From positions 39,122,001-39,186,000 of the forward strand of contig NC_043003.1 in the NCBI RefSeq assembly GCF_006345805.1: DNA of 64,000 nt, given 5' to 3'. Numbering within the stretch: the stretch's first letter is position 1; every line of letters starts with the position of its first letter. The position numbers and the translations under genes were made by a program. The DNA is from Octopus sinensis. Lineage: Eukaryota. Shown here piece after piece: positions 51,811 to 63,856 of this stretch. The notes under the pieces are model-generated. The model was not told the origin of the DNA. It saw only the letters and a list, made by a program, of their open reading frames with translations, and ran no database searches.

Positions 51811-52398
51811 CGATGATGATGATGATGATCATCATCATCATCATCATCATCATGATCATCGTCATCATCATCGTCGTCATCATCATCATCGTCGTCGTCG
51901 TCGTCATCATCATCATCATCATCATCATTATAATCAACGTCATCATTAGCATCAGCGTCATCATTATTAACAACATCAACAACAATTATAATTTTCTCCA
52001 TGTTTCAGCCATCGTACCTCGGCTATGCTAAAGCACTGCTTTAACAGTCTTTAGGCGAATCGATGGAATAAAATCTAGATTTTTTTTTTTAAATGTAGTT
52101 TTTTTATTCCCACGGTCTCTTTTTCTGAACTGCTTACTTATGGGGACGTAAACAAGCTGCTACATATTGAATGGGAGCGCACGCTCGTGTGTGTATGTGA
52201 GACAGAGAGTGCGAAAGAAAGTGAAAGAGAGAGAGAGACAAAAGCACAAAGCAATATCGACATTATCAGTTGCTGCTTTGAAAAAATCAGGACTGACAAA
52301 AGTAACAACAACAACTACCACAACAATAACAACATCAATAATAAAGACACCACCACCAACGTCACCACCACGATCATCATCATCATCATCATTACCAT

Positions 52399-52429
<31 letters not shown>

Positions 52430-52792
52430 ATCATCATAACAAGGACATCATTAAAAGCGCCATTAGCAACAATACTAGCAACAATAATAATGTCAACAAC
52501 AACAACAACAACAGCAAAACCAAATAGACATTTCCGGCAAACCCTCTGTCATTTACAGAGACACACGTTGTTAATTTATTAATCTGTTGTTTTAATGGCT
52601 TCCTATATAGTTTTTCATGGATTGATTATATCGATTGATTATTTACACATACACAAACACCTACCTACGTATGTATGTTTTGCGTATATATGCAGTATAT
52701 ATGTGTATATTTTGCACTACATATATATATATATATATATGAAAAAACAAGTCAAAATAGAAAATGCTAAAATAATTTTATAAAGAACATTT

Positions 52793-52829
52793 CAGTACCG
52801 GTTTCGGTCATTTGAGACCTTTTCAACTG
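52793..52829 (-). ncRNA. minimal type I hammerhead, U3:A8 variant
   Basis: cag-TTGAAAA-ggtc-tcaaat-gacc-GAAAC-cg-GTA-ctg. Confidence 0.6.
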
Positions 52830-53018
52830 TAACAATTAAAAATTAAATTTAGAAAAATTAAGAAAAATTAAGCGAAAAGTTAAAAAAAAAAAAATATTTG
52901 TATAGTGTTCAAATATAAGTGGCATTTTCCTTGGTTCTGCCTTTCTCTGTCTCTCTTGTTTACTCTTGTGGGTTCAAGGTCCATGTGAATAGGGAAGAAT
53001 TATATATATATATATGCT

Positions 53019-53057
<39 letters not shown>

Positions 53058-53376
53058 TAAAGTTGGGGATGATATAGAAGGTGTGTATATATCCATACAT
53101 ATATCAGTCCCATTTTAGCATATATCTAGAACAGAATTTGAAGGAATTTTATAAGGAAATAGTACTCCAGGAAGATTTTAAGGAAGATTTTAACTCGTCA
53201 GTGACCTAAGGAAGATTTTAACTCGTCAGTGACTATACGAGGGTAAGATTAACTTCAATGCATCGCAGTCCGACGATGGCTTAGCAGGCCGGAACTGCGA
53301 AGTCACAGTCAACAAAATTCTTGTTTCAGAACACACACTCACATACACACGCTTCAAATTTTTATAAATTTATCCG

Positions 53377-53419
53377 GATATTTGATAAGATGAGCTTCAT
53401 TATCGAAACCGGTAATATT
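53377..53419 (+). ncRNA. minimal type I hammerhead, U3:A8 variant
   Basis: gatat-TTGATAA-gatga-gcttca-ttatc-GAAAC-cg-GTA-atatt. Confidence 0.65.
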
Positions 53420-53739
53420 TTCTTTATATAATTTTTAAAATTATTTCTCAGATTGAAATGTTTTAGATTTACTTCTGTGCTATTTCCACCTCCATCTTTT
53501 TGATTTGTATAGATCTGTAATATTTTTTCAACTTATATATGTATATATAAATAAATAAATATATATGTGTATATGCGTCTGTGAAAGAAAAAGGGATTAA
53601 AATTCCAGGTGAAAAGTTTTTTACGCACTCTGTTGAAGTCAAACTTGGCTAACCAAATTGACCAGTGAGAGATATTGCAATTCACGCAGTTGGTAAATTT
53701 ACATTCCGCTGTCTGTCCAATTTCTAACTCCAAAGTTGT

Positions 53740-53990
53740 TTTGCCGAATAAAATCGTGTGGGTAGATGAATGGAGGCATAACGTCGCTGTCACTTGTGAT
53801 CACTCCAAAAATTTGACAGGATGACTGATTTTGATGACTCTCGGTACATGCTTTGGGGAGACGACAAGACAACGGTTGTTCTGAATGCTCACCGTCAGTT
53901 CTTATTGGAACTTCCAGAAAGAATGCCAAGCAGTACAGCATGTCGTTTCCAAATTTCTGGGTGAGTGAATCGTATCATGGTGGTGTTTTT
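53740..53990 (-). pseudogene. degenerate Tc1/mariner-superfamily transposase fragment
   Basis: QNNRCLVVSPKHVPRVIKISHPV / IFGVITSDSDVMPPFIYPH matches the region after the first catalytic D of maT/mariner-type transposases. Confidence 0.6.
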
Positions 53991-54409
53991 TCTCACAGAC
54001 GGTGCCCAACTGACGATACTATACAGTGTAGTCGAGAAAATCAAATATAAACAATGCGCATGCACGAAAATAAAAATATGAAATGGCGACAATTTACCCA
54101 TCGCAACTCACAGGAATTTCACGTTTCATTTACCATGTTATAACAACATGACATAAGATAATATATATCACGTGCATATATGCATATACACGTGCATACA
54201 CATGCATATATTTAAATATTGATACATTCATGCATGGCTGCACACGTAAAGACATGAATGCTTCAAGCCAGGTTAATCCTGTTAATTATAAGATTTGGAG
54301 GCCCTAAACAAATAGTCATGGGTGCTGACCTATATACCTTGTCTAAACACTGCGTGTGCCTGTTTGACAATATATATATATGCGAGCGCACACACACACA
54401 CACCACACA

Positions 54410-54484
<75 letters not shown>

Positions 54485-54487
54485 ACT

Positions 54488-54782
54488 GGCACTCCGTCAG
54501 ATACGACGTCGAGTGCTATAGTTAATCCGATCAATGGAATGGCTTGCTCGTGAAATTAACGTGCAAGAGGCGGTGCACGCGTAACGTTAATGAGATTCAG
54601 CATGATTCAGAACGTGACAAGGCTGGTCCTTTGAAATACAAGTACCACTCATTTTTGCTAGTTGAGTGGAGTGGAGCAACGTGAAGTAAAGTGTTTTGCT
54701 CAAAGACACAAAGCGCCGCTGCGTACCTAACTTACGGCCTTCTGCTCGTGAGACAAATACCCTAACCATTCAGCCGCCTGCC
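54488..54782 (-). mobile_element. tRNA-derived SINE with family C tail and a different head/core
   Basis: Shares gctcgtgaaattaacgtg...gtgacaaggc..cctttgaaatac with 29124-29506. Confidence 0.7.
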
Positions 54783-54816
54783 TTGATATACATACATACA
54801 TACATACATACATACA

Positions 54817-54850
<34 letters not shown>

Positions 54851-55243
54851 CTCTTTTACTTGTTTCAGCCATTTGATTGCGGCCATGCTGGAGCCCCGCA
54901 TTTAAGCGAGCAAATCGACCCCAGGACTTATTCTTTGTAAGCCGAGTACTTATTCTATCGATCTCTTTTGCCTAACCGCTAAGTTACGGGGACGTAAACA
55001 CAACAGCATCGGTTGTCAAGCGATGTTGGGGGGACAAACACAGACACACAAATACACTCACATACATATACATATATACGACGGGCTTCTTTTCAGTTTC
55101 CGCCTGCCAAATCCACTCACAAGGCTTTGGTCGTCCCGAGGCTATAGTAGAAGACACTTGTCCAAGGTGCTACGCAGTGAACTGAATCCGGAACTATGTG
55201 GTTGGTAAGCAAGCTACTTACCACACAGCCACTCCTGCGCCTA
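54851..55243 (-). mobile_element. SINE family A, full length
   Basis: taggcgcaggagtggctgtgtggtaagtagcttgcttaccaaccac head, ccttggacaagtg core, internal microsatellite, gaaacaagtaaaagag tail. Confidence 0.92.
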
Positions 55244-55941
55244 CATACACTCACGCACTCACATCTATTTATAATAGCATATAGACATACATGAATGCTG
55301 GCGCGTGCACACACACATACATACACTCTCACACACACACACACGCACACACACACGCACATACACACACGCACACACACATACACACACGCACACACAC
55401 ACACACGCACACACACACACACGCACACACACACGCGTATATTCAGGTATGCATACAAGCAGAAATATAAATGCACAACCCAATAGATATATAGATAACG
55501 ACAACCACAATAACAACAACTTGAAGAGATAACAACGATAAGTAGAAGAAGAGGAAGAAAAAAGCATATGAGATAACAAAGTAGTTTTAAAATCAAGGAT
55601 TATGCAAATGTAACAAAAGAACGAAATGAAAGCGCGCTTCGGATGATAAGTGAATCCATTGAATTAAGATGAAAGAAGGAGAAAGAGAGAGTTTTGTTGA
55701 ATGAAGGGGATGGAAGAAGAATGATAATAAAATAATAAACAAAGCAATTGCCGGCTGGTTCATTGATTCGTGGATATTTGAAAATCGGTTATTATTATTA
55801 TTATTATATTATTATATTATTATTATTATTATCATTAATATAATTATTATTATTATTATTATTATAATTATTATTATTATTATTTGATGTTGTTGTTGTT
55901 TTTGTAGTTGCCGCTGCTGCTACTATCCTCCTTCTCTTCTT

Positions 55942-56019
<78 letters not shown>

Positions 56020-56086
56020 TATTGTTGTTGTATTTGTTGTTGCCGCTGCTGCTACTATCCTCCTCCTCCTCCTCCTCCTTCTTCTT

Positions 56087-56117
<31 letters not shown>

Positions 56118-56137
56118 TTATTATTATTATTATTATT

Positions 56138-59100
56138 CAGTAGTTTTATTTTTATAGCATGCTTTCACTTCACTACCGAGCGCAGCTCTGTGTGCCTTGG
56201 GTATGTGCTGTGATTTGTTGTGATGCTCTGATGGTTATTGTATGGAAAGTGTTCTGCGTAGGATGTGTGCAGTGCCTAGTAGTGCAATTTTCTGTATGTT
56301 ATATGTGTTTGTAAGTCCTGGTGTTTTTGTTATGTATTTGTCTGAATATTTTTTTATCATGCCTAATGCACCTACTATGATAGGAATTGTTTCTGTTTTC
56401 AGATTCCACATTCTAGTTACCTCCATTTCCAGGTCTTTGTATTTTGAGAGTTTCTCCATTTCTTTTAGAGACACGTTGTCATCTGCCGGTATTGATACAT
56501 CAATTAGAAAGCATTTTTTTTCTTCATGATCTCTGACTACTATATCTGGTCTGTTGGCCTTAATTTCTCTATCTGTGTGTATCGGCATATCCCAGAGTAT
56601 GGTTGCTTTCTCGTTTTCTGTGACCTTTTCTGGTGTGTGCCTATACCATCTTTTTTCTGTTGTTATTCCATAATGTTGGCATAGCTTCCAATGTATGTAG
56701 GTTCCAACTCTGGCATATCTGTGAATATATTCCTTCTTAGCCAGGACTGGGCAGCTAGAGATAATATGATTTATTGTTTCTTGTCCATCTCCACATATTC
56801 TGCAGTTACTTGTAATATTTCTTTTCATTACATGTTTTTGGTAATTTCTGGTGGGGAGGCTTCGGTCTTGTGCTGCAATTAAAAATCCCTCTGTTTCTGC
56901 TTTGAGTCCTGAGCTTCTCAACCATTGCTGGGATTTTTCTTTGTCTATTTCTTTTGCGTTTAGTTAGTGCAGTATTTACCATGAAGGGGCTTTTCTTGCC
57001 ATCGTTTTATCATGGTTCGTTGCTGTTCTATTTTTAGTTTGGATTTCATTTGTTTTATAGCTTTTGTTGTTTCTTCATCATCTTCTTCTTCTTCTTCGTG
57101 TTTATTAGGTGGTATGATTTCTTGTTTGTATTTGTCAGCTTCCTTAAATACTGAGAACAGTTTTTTGTTTTGCTCGTGTTTTGCCGCTATCTGGATCAGT
57201 TTTCCTTCCTTCTGAAGTAGGTATTTTTGCAGTCCTATGGTGGTTATTTTATAGTAGTTTTCCAGCTGTATAAGGCCTCTACCACCTTCTATACGTTGTA
57301 TATATAGTCTTTCTATGTCAGATTTTGGGTGATGCATCCTAGATCCTGTCAGTATTTTTCTTGTTTTCCTATCTATTTTGGACAGTTCATTTCGTGTCCA
57401 GTTAAGGATATTGTAGCTGTAACTTATAACTGGGACAGCTAAAGTGTTGATACCTATTATCTTGTTTTAGCATTGAGCTCTGTTTTTAGTATTGATCTAA
57501 CTCGTCTATAATATTCTTTTTTTATTTTCTCTTTCATTTGTGTGTTGTGTCTTATCTAGTTCATGGATTCCTAAGTATTTGTAAGTTTGGCTTTGGTCTA
57601 ATTCTTTTATTTCATTGGTTTTATCTAGTGTGATGTTGTTACTCTTAACTAGTTTTCCTCTTTTCATGGTTACTTTGGCGCATTTTTCTAATCCAAATTT
57701 CATATCTATTTCTTTGGTAAATCCATGAACTGTCTTTAATAGTGTTTCCAGCTGTTTGTCATTTGCAGCGTATAGTTTTAGGTCATCCATATATAAAATG
57801 TGGCTGATCGTTTTGCCGTAACATTTATATCCGCATCCAGTTCTATTTAGCATATCAGATAGAGATGACAGTGCCAAGCAGAAAAGGAGTGGAGAGAGCG
57901 TGTCTCCCTGGAATATTCCTCTTCTAATGGGGATGTCTTTGGTTTTCATGAGTCCCTCTTTTGTTTGGAGGTGTAGGACTGTTTGCCATTTATTCATAGA
58001 GTGTTCTATGAATTTTATGATTGTTGGTGCTACTTTGTTAATGGCTAGTGTTTCGAGGATCCATGTGTGGGAGATGCTATCAAACGCCTTTTTGTAGTCC
58101 AGGCCATACTGAGGCCTTTCTTCTTTCTGTGGCTGTCTTCAGTTACGGCTTCATTAATCATTAGTTGATCTTTACAGCCATATGAGCCTTTGCGGCATCC
58201 TTTCTGCTCTTCTGGGAACAGTTTGTTTTCGTCCAGGTGCTTGTTCAGCCTTTGCGATATCACTGCAGTAAATGCCTTGAACATAGTAGGGAGGCAGGTT
58301 AATGGTCTGTAGTTTTCTGGTTTTGCTGTTTTATTTGATTTGGGAATTAAGATGGTTTTCCCCTTCGTGAGCCATTCAGGCATTGTCTCTGGCTCTGCTA
58401 GTACTGTTAAAGTTTTCAGCCAGCTTTTTGTGCATTCCTGTTAGATATTTCAACCAGAAGTTGGGGATCTTGTCATGCCCAGGTGCCTTCCAGTTGCTTA
58501 GTCTTTGCAGTGCCTGGGTGACCTCTTCAGTTGTTATGGGGGTCTGAAGTTGTTCAGATGCCGAGTTTGTTATTTTGATACTCCTTTTTTTTGGCTGTTC
58601 GTTCGCCGACCATATTTCTCTCCAGAATTCTTCCAATTCTTCTGCCGTTGGTGCTGCAGTGACTTCTATTTTATTTTTCCCAGTTCTTGTAGAACTTTTT
58701 GGGGTTTGAGTTGAACTTTTTGTTCTGTTCAAAAGCGTTGGCGTTTCTCGTACCGGCGGATCCTTTGAGCTTTGGCAAGGATATCTTGCTTCAGCTTTTC
58801 TTTTATCTCCGGCAAATCTTTTTCTGTGATGTTATATTTGCGGAGCATTTTTGTTCTCTTTTTGTTGCTCAGTAGCGTTGATTGTTTGCTGATTTCATTA
58901 ATTAATCGACAGGTCTTTTCTAATTTTTTTTATTTTGTTTTGGATGTTATTTATCCACAGGGTTTGTTTGGGTGGTGGTACTCCTGTTTGGGCGGTTTGG
59001 GTGAGTATCCAGCTTCTTTTGTGGCTGCAGTGGCTGCTGCGTATATCAAGTCATTTAGTTCAGTGATATCACTTTTTTTTGTTTCAGTGGCTAGTTCAGT

Positions 59101-60120
59101 GACGGCTAGGTTTATGCTGTTTATAATTGGTGTTGTTATTTCGTTTATTTTTATTCTTGGAGGTATGGTCGGTGGTCCATTTTGGGCTCTGTGGTTTTCA
59201 GTTCTTTGATTATTTTATTTTTTATATTATCATAATCATTAGGCTCCCCTTCGTTGTTTACATCGTATTTGTTGGGAATGTTGCGTTTGTCTTCGTGTTT
59301 TACAGTTTCGGTGTTTATATTATTGGGCATTGTGTGTGGCTTCTATCTACATTTTCCTGGTGTATTTTTTCTTTTAAATGTTCTATTTCTATTTCTGATA
59401 TTTTTTGGCTTGGAGAATGTATCTTCGTACGTTAGCTAATTTATAGGGTTCATTGCTGTATCCAGGTCTATATCTCTATTATTTTCCTTCCATATTTTAT
59501 ATGTATGTGTTGTTGTATTTTCATTTTGGGGAGCATTGCTGTGAAGTATGCGTGTAAGATAGAATGTATTCCACACGTGTCCATTTACGTCTTTTGGGTT
59601 TTATATGCGGGACATGAGGTACAACGTCCGGCCCATTATTTTGACGGTCGTCATTTTCGTAGGGTACCGGTCCGTTTATTTCTGTTGTCACATTATTTCG
59701 CACGTGTAGTTTTTCGTACATTTTTTGTTGTAAGTTTAATGTACGTACCGCTCGATTGTTATTCTTGGGTTGAATAGTATCGGTGGCATTTAATTTCTTC
59801 GTAGTTCCTTTGTACATGGTGTTTGGGGTCGGGTATGATCGTGATGTTCCACGCATGTTTACATGTGTTGTGTTAGAGGTGGAGATAATATCGAGTCAAA
59901 ATACATCATTTCGTTTCGAAAATAGTAATAAATTTCAATTAGTATTACTTACTCGGATACAGTCCAATTCTTTGTTAGTAAATCTTTGGCTCCATAGGAT
60001 GTCCTTGTTTTCGATGTTTGTGGATAGATTTCGGAGCTCTGTATTTTCCTTCTTACATCTTAAACGTCCCCGGTGTTCTCCTCCTAAACGTCCCCGGTGT
60101 TCTCCTCTAAACGTCCCCGG

Positions 60121-60124
<4 letters not shown>
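56138..60124 (-). mobile_element. full-length R4/Dong-clade non-LTR retrotransposon (family 1) in (TAA)n
   Basis: Single long ORF with RT and RLE; (TAA)n directly on both sides. Confidence 0.93.
56235..59856 (-). CDS. R4/Dong ORF: RT + CCHC + restriction-like endonuclease, frameshifted
   Basis: KRRKWTR N-terminus; WKAPGHD, YRPLTCL, EEQKGC, RGIFQGDTLSPLLF, LYMDDLKL, YKYLG; CRICGDGQETINHIISSC; RPDIVVRD...LIDVS...KLSKYKDL. Confidence 0.92.
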
Positions 60125-60202
<78 letters not shown>

Positions 60203-60519
60203 TGTCAGGAGGATGGCAAATGAACCTAGTAATTGACATAGTTTGAGTGAAGCTGCATAATAATGAACCGCTGGAAAAAAAAAGAAACGGGTTGGAGTGG
60301 TTTAAAAAGTAAGATAGAAAGTGTGTGTCTATATGTGTGCGTGCGTGTTGGATTTGTGTGTAAGTGCGCTTGTGTGTATGAAAAGAGAATTAGCATTTAT
60401 TCTCCAGAGACATACTTGCATATATGACTGAACACATACATACGGTGCACACACACACACACACACACACGCACACACACACACAAATGCACATATGTGT
60501 GCATACATTCTTTTATTCT

Positions 60520-60893
60520 TTTTTCTTGTTTCAGTAATTTGACTGTGGCCATGCTGGAGCACCACCTTGAGGGGTTTTAGTCGAATAAATCAACTCCATA
60601 AATTTTTTAAAAGCCTAGTACATATCCTATTAGTCCGTTTTGGTGAATCGCTAAGTTACGGGTACGTAAACACACCGACATCGGTTGTCAAGGGGTGATG
60701 CGGGGGGGGGGCAAATACAGACACAAACATTCACATACACACACATATGTACGACAGGCTTCTTTTCAGTTTCCGTCCACCAAATCCACTCACAAGGCTT
60801 TGGTCGGCCCAAAGCTATAGAAGAAGACACTTGTCCAATGTGCTATGCAGTGGGACTGAACTCAGAACCATGCGGTTGGGAAGCAAGTTACTT
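60520..60893 (-). mobile_element. SINE family A
   Basis: Same architecture as 54851-55243. Confidence 0.85.
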
Positions 60894-61039
60894 ATGTATA
60901 TATGCATGCACGCACACATATATGTGTGTATATATGTGCATACACACAGACACACGTACACATTCATTTATTCGTTTCAGTCATGAGGTTGCGGCCATAC
61001 TAGAGCACCACGGTAAATTTTGTACTTTGACATATCACT

Positions 61040-62010
61040 CTTGTTTGACTGATTTCTTGAGGGTGGTGGGATTTCATATCACCACACCTGCATGTGCTTT
61101 CTCCCTCGGTTGTTGGCCCATTTGGTGTGTGAAGGAGTTTGATATTGCGTCCCTCATCTGTACTTCATGTCGGGCCGTTGGTTCATCCAGAATTGTAGAT
61201 AGGAAAATGACCATATCCTTTTTGAAGATACCAACGTCCACATTGTGTAGGTTCCTTAATTTTTGTGGCAGAGCATTGAAGTAGATGAGATGAACGGTAC
61301 CTTTGGTAAAATACACGCACACACACCATCCAAGAATTTTGCAAATGTAGATTATTTCATATCTATCGTATCTTCACTCCAGGGGGTAAAGTCATAATGT
61401 TTTCAGCCTTTCTTTGTGATTCATCTGCTGCGCTGTTACAATCTTAGTTACGTTGGACCGCTTTAAACTCCGCTGTTTGTTTTGCGCATGTGGTGACTAC
61501 AGGTGAAAGTAGCAGTCCAGGTGGCTGAGAACAAAGGCTTCCCACAGTGCCACCATGACGTCTTGGACTCTTGTCTAGAAAGACATGAGTATTCACCTTG
61601 TCAGCTGTCTGCACTCTGTTGCAATCTTAGAAAAGATGTATAAGAAAAGATGCATCATTCAACATACAGATATCCAAGTCTCTCACTGTCTGTGACTCTG
61701 GGATTGTAGTATCTTCGGGTCCTATATATGCAGATTGTGGTGCATTTGTGAGCTGATAGCTCAGCGCTTGAACTTTTGCAGCACTAAACGCATCTTGCTT
61801 TCTTCATCCCCCTTATATGCAGCATTTAGGTCCCGCTGATACTTTGCGACACCGTTAGGGCTCTTTATTACCTGTGATACTTTTGTATCATCGGCGTAGT
61901 TAGTGATAATGGCTGTCTGAGTGATTATGGACATCTCTAAGAGAGTTATTACAATCTGCAATGATCCTAAGTCTGTTCCCTGGTGAGTTCACGTCACCCA
62001 TTCAACCATC
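61040..62010 (-). pseudogene. degenerate CR1/L2-group LINE 3' fragment
   Basis: QGTDLGSL, NYADDTKVS, FNALPQKLRNLHNVDVGIFKK...LSTILDEP. Confidence 0.75.
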
Positions 62011-62014
62011 AGTA

Positions 62015-62633
62015 TGTTTTTTTTTAGTGTTGTACTAGTGAATGTCTAAAAAAAAAAACATACGAAAATTATGTTTGTTTTAAAACTTGAGATTATATAG
62101 AAAGTATTTTGCGTAGGATATGAGCAGTTCCCATGTGCACTATCTTTTGAATTTCTGCCATTTTTGGGTTTCCTGGTATCTGAGTTAGGTAGCAATCAGC
62201 CCCTTTTGCTATCATTCCCAGGGCACTTATGACAACAGGTATTGTTTTAGTCTTCAGGTTCCACATTTTGCTGATTTCTATTTCCAGATCTTTATATTTG
62301 CTCAGTTTCTGGTAGGTCTTGACAGATACGTTTATATCGATTGAGACAGTCATATCAATGAGGAGGCATGTTCTTTGTCTGAAGTCTTTCAATATGATGT
62401 CTGGCCTATTTGCATCTATCTTTCTGTTAGTTTGAATGGTGAAGTTCCAGAGGAGTGAGATGTGGTCATTTTCAAGCACTGGAGGTGGTTTGTGTTCCCA
62501 CCAGTTTTTTTCATGGGGCAAATCCAGGTTTTTGCAAATTACCCAGTGAATGTATTGTGCAGCTCTATCATGCCTGTTTAGATACTCTGTAGGCGCTAGA
62601 AGACTGCACTTGGAGACAACATGATCTATGGTT

Positions 62634-62640
<7 letters not shown>
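62015..62640 (-). mobile_element. R4/Dong-clade 3' fragment (family 4)
   Basis: ETIDHVVSKC...RHDR, RPDIILKD...LIDMT...KLSKYKDL...GTAHILRKILSI. Confidence 0.9.
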
Positions 62641-62719
<79 letters not shown>

Positions 62720-62722
<3 letters not shown>

Positions 62723-63618
62723 TAGTTTTATTTTTATAGCGTGCTTTCATTTCACTACCGAGCGCAGCTCTGTGTGCCTTGGGTATGTGCTGTGATTTGT
62801 TGTGATGCTCTGATGGTTATTGTATGGAAAGTGTTCTGCGTAGGATGTGTGCAGTGCCTAGTAGTGCAATTTTCTGTATGTTATATGTGTTTGTAAGTCC
62901 TGGTGTTTTTGTTATGTATTTGTCTGAATATTTTTTATCATGCCTAATGCACCTACTATGATAGGAATTGTTTCTGTTTTCAGATTCCACATTCTAGTTA
63001 CCTCTATTTCCAGATCTTTGTATTTTGAGAGTTTCTACATTTCTTTTAGAGACACGTTGTCATCAGCCGGTATTGATATATCAATTAGAAAGCATTTTTT
63101 TTCTTCATGGTCTCTCACAACTATATCTGGTCTGTTGGCCTTAATTTCTCTATCTGTGTGTATCGGCATATCCCAGAGTATGGTTGCTTTCTCGTTTTCT
63201 GTGACCTTTTCTGGTGTGTGCCTATACCATCTTTTTTCTGTTGTTATTCCATAATGTTGGCATAGCTTCCAATGTATGTAGGTTCCAACTCTGTCATGTC
63301 TGTGAATATATTCCTTCTTAGCCAGGACTGGGCAGCTAGAGATAATATGATTTATTGTTTCTTGTCCATCTCCACATATTCTGCAGTTACTTGTAATATT
63401 TCTTTTCATTACATGTTTTTGGTAATTTCTGGTGGGGAGGCTTTGGTCTTGTGCTGCAATTAAAAATCCTCTGTTTCTGCTTTAAGTCCTGAGCTTCTCA
63501 ACCATTGCTGGGATTTTTCTTTGTCTATTTCTTTTGCGTTTAGTTTAGTCCAGTATTTACCATGAAGGGGCTTTTCTTGCCATCGTTTTATCATGGTTCG
63601 TTGCTGTTCTATTTTTAG

Positions 63619-63621
<3 letters not shown>
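62720..63621 (-). mobile_element. 5'-truncated copy of Dong family 1
   Basis: Near-identical to 56138-57040; premature TAG ending ORF 63035-63409; (TTA)n on both sides. Confidence 0.93.
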
Positions 63622-63663
<42 letters not shown>

Positions 63664-63835
63664 GAGTGAGAGAGCAGTTCATGCCATCAAAGTGACATTG
63701 GGGTACAAATATACGAAGCCCAGTATACCCATCGTGAGAACCTGTCTGATAGGGGTACACCAGACACATACATCACAACCATATGTGCGCGACATGGTGA
63801 TCACATATCACTCTTAACCACTACGCCATATGCCC
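63664..63835 (-). mobile_element. internally deleted SINE with (TAA)n tail
   Basis: Head stub gggcatatggcgtagtggttaagag joined to a tail ending gatggcatgaactgctctctcactc(aat)n. Confidence 0.55.
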
Positions 63836-63856
63836 CTTGGCAATTATGGAGTGGGC

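Noticed and set aside
53179-53244. 28 bp tandem duplication followed by TA-CGAGGG (mariner-like terminus)
   Set aside because: Two-copy local slippage; no matching opposite TIR found, so no element was called
60061-60124. Short direct repeats resembling a CRISPR array
   Set aside because: No unique spacers, eukaryotic context, no cas genes; the repeats are contiguous
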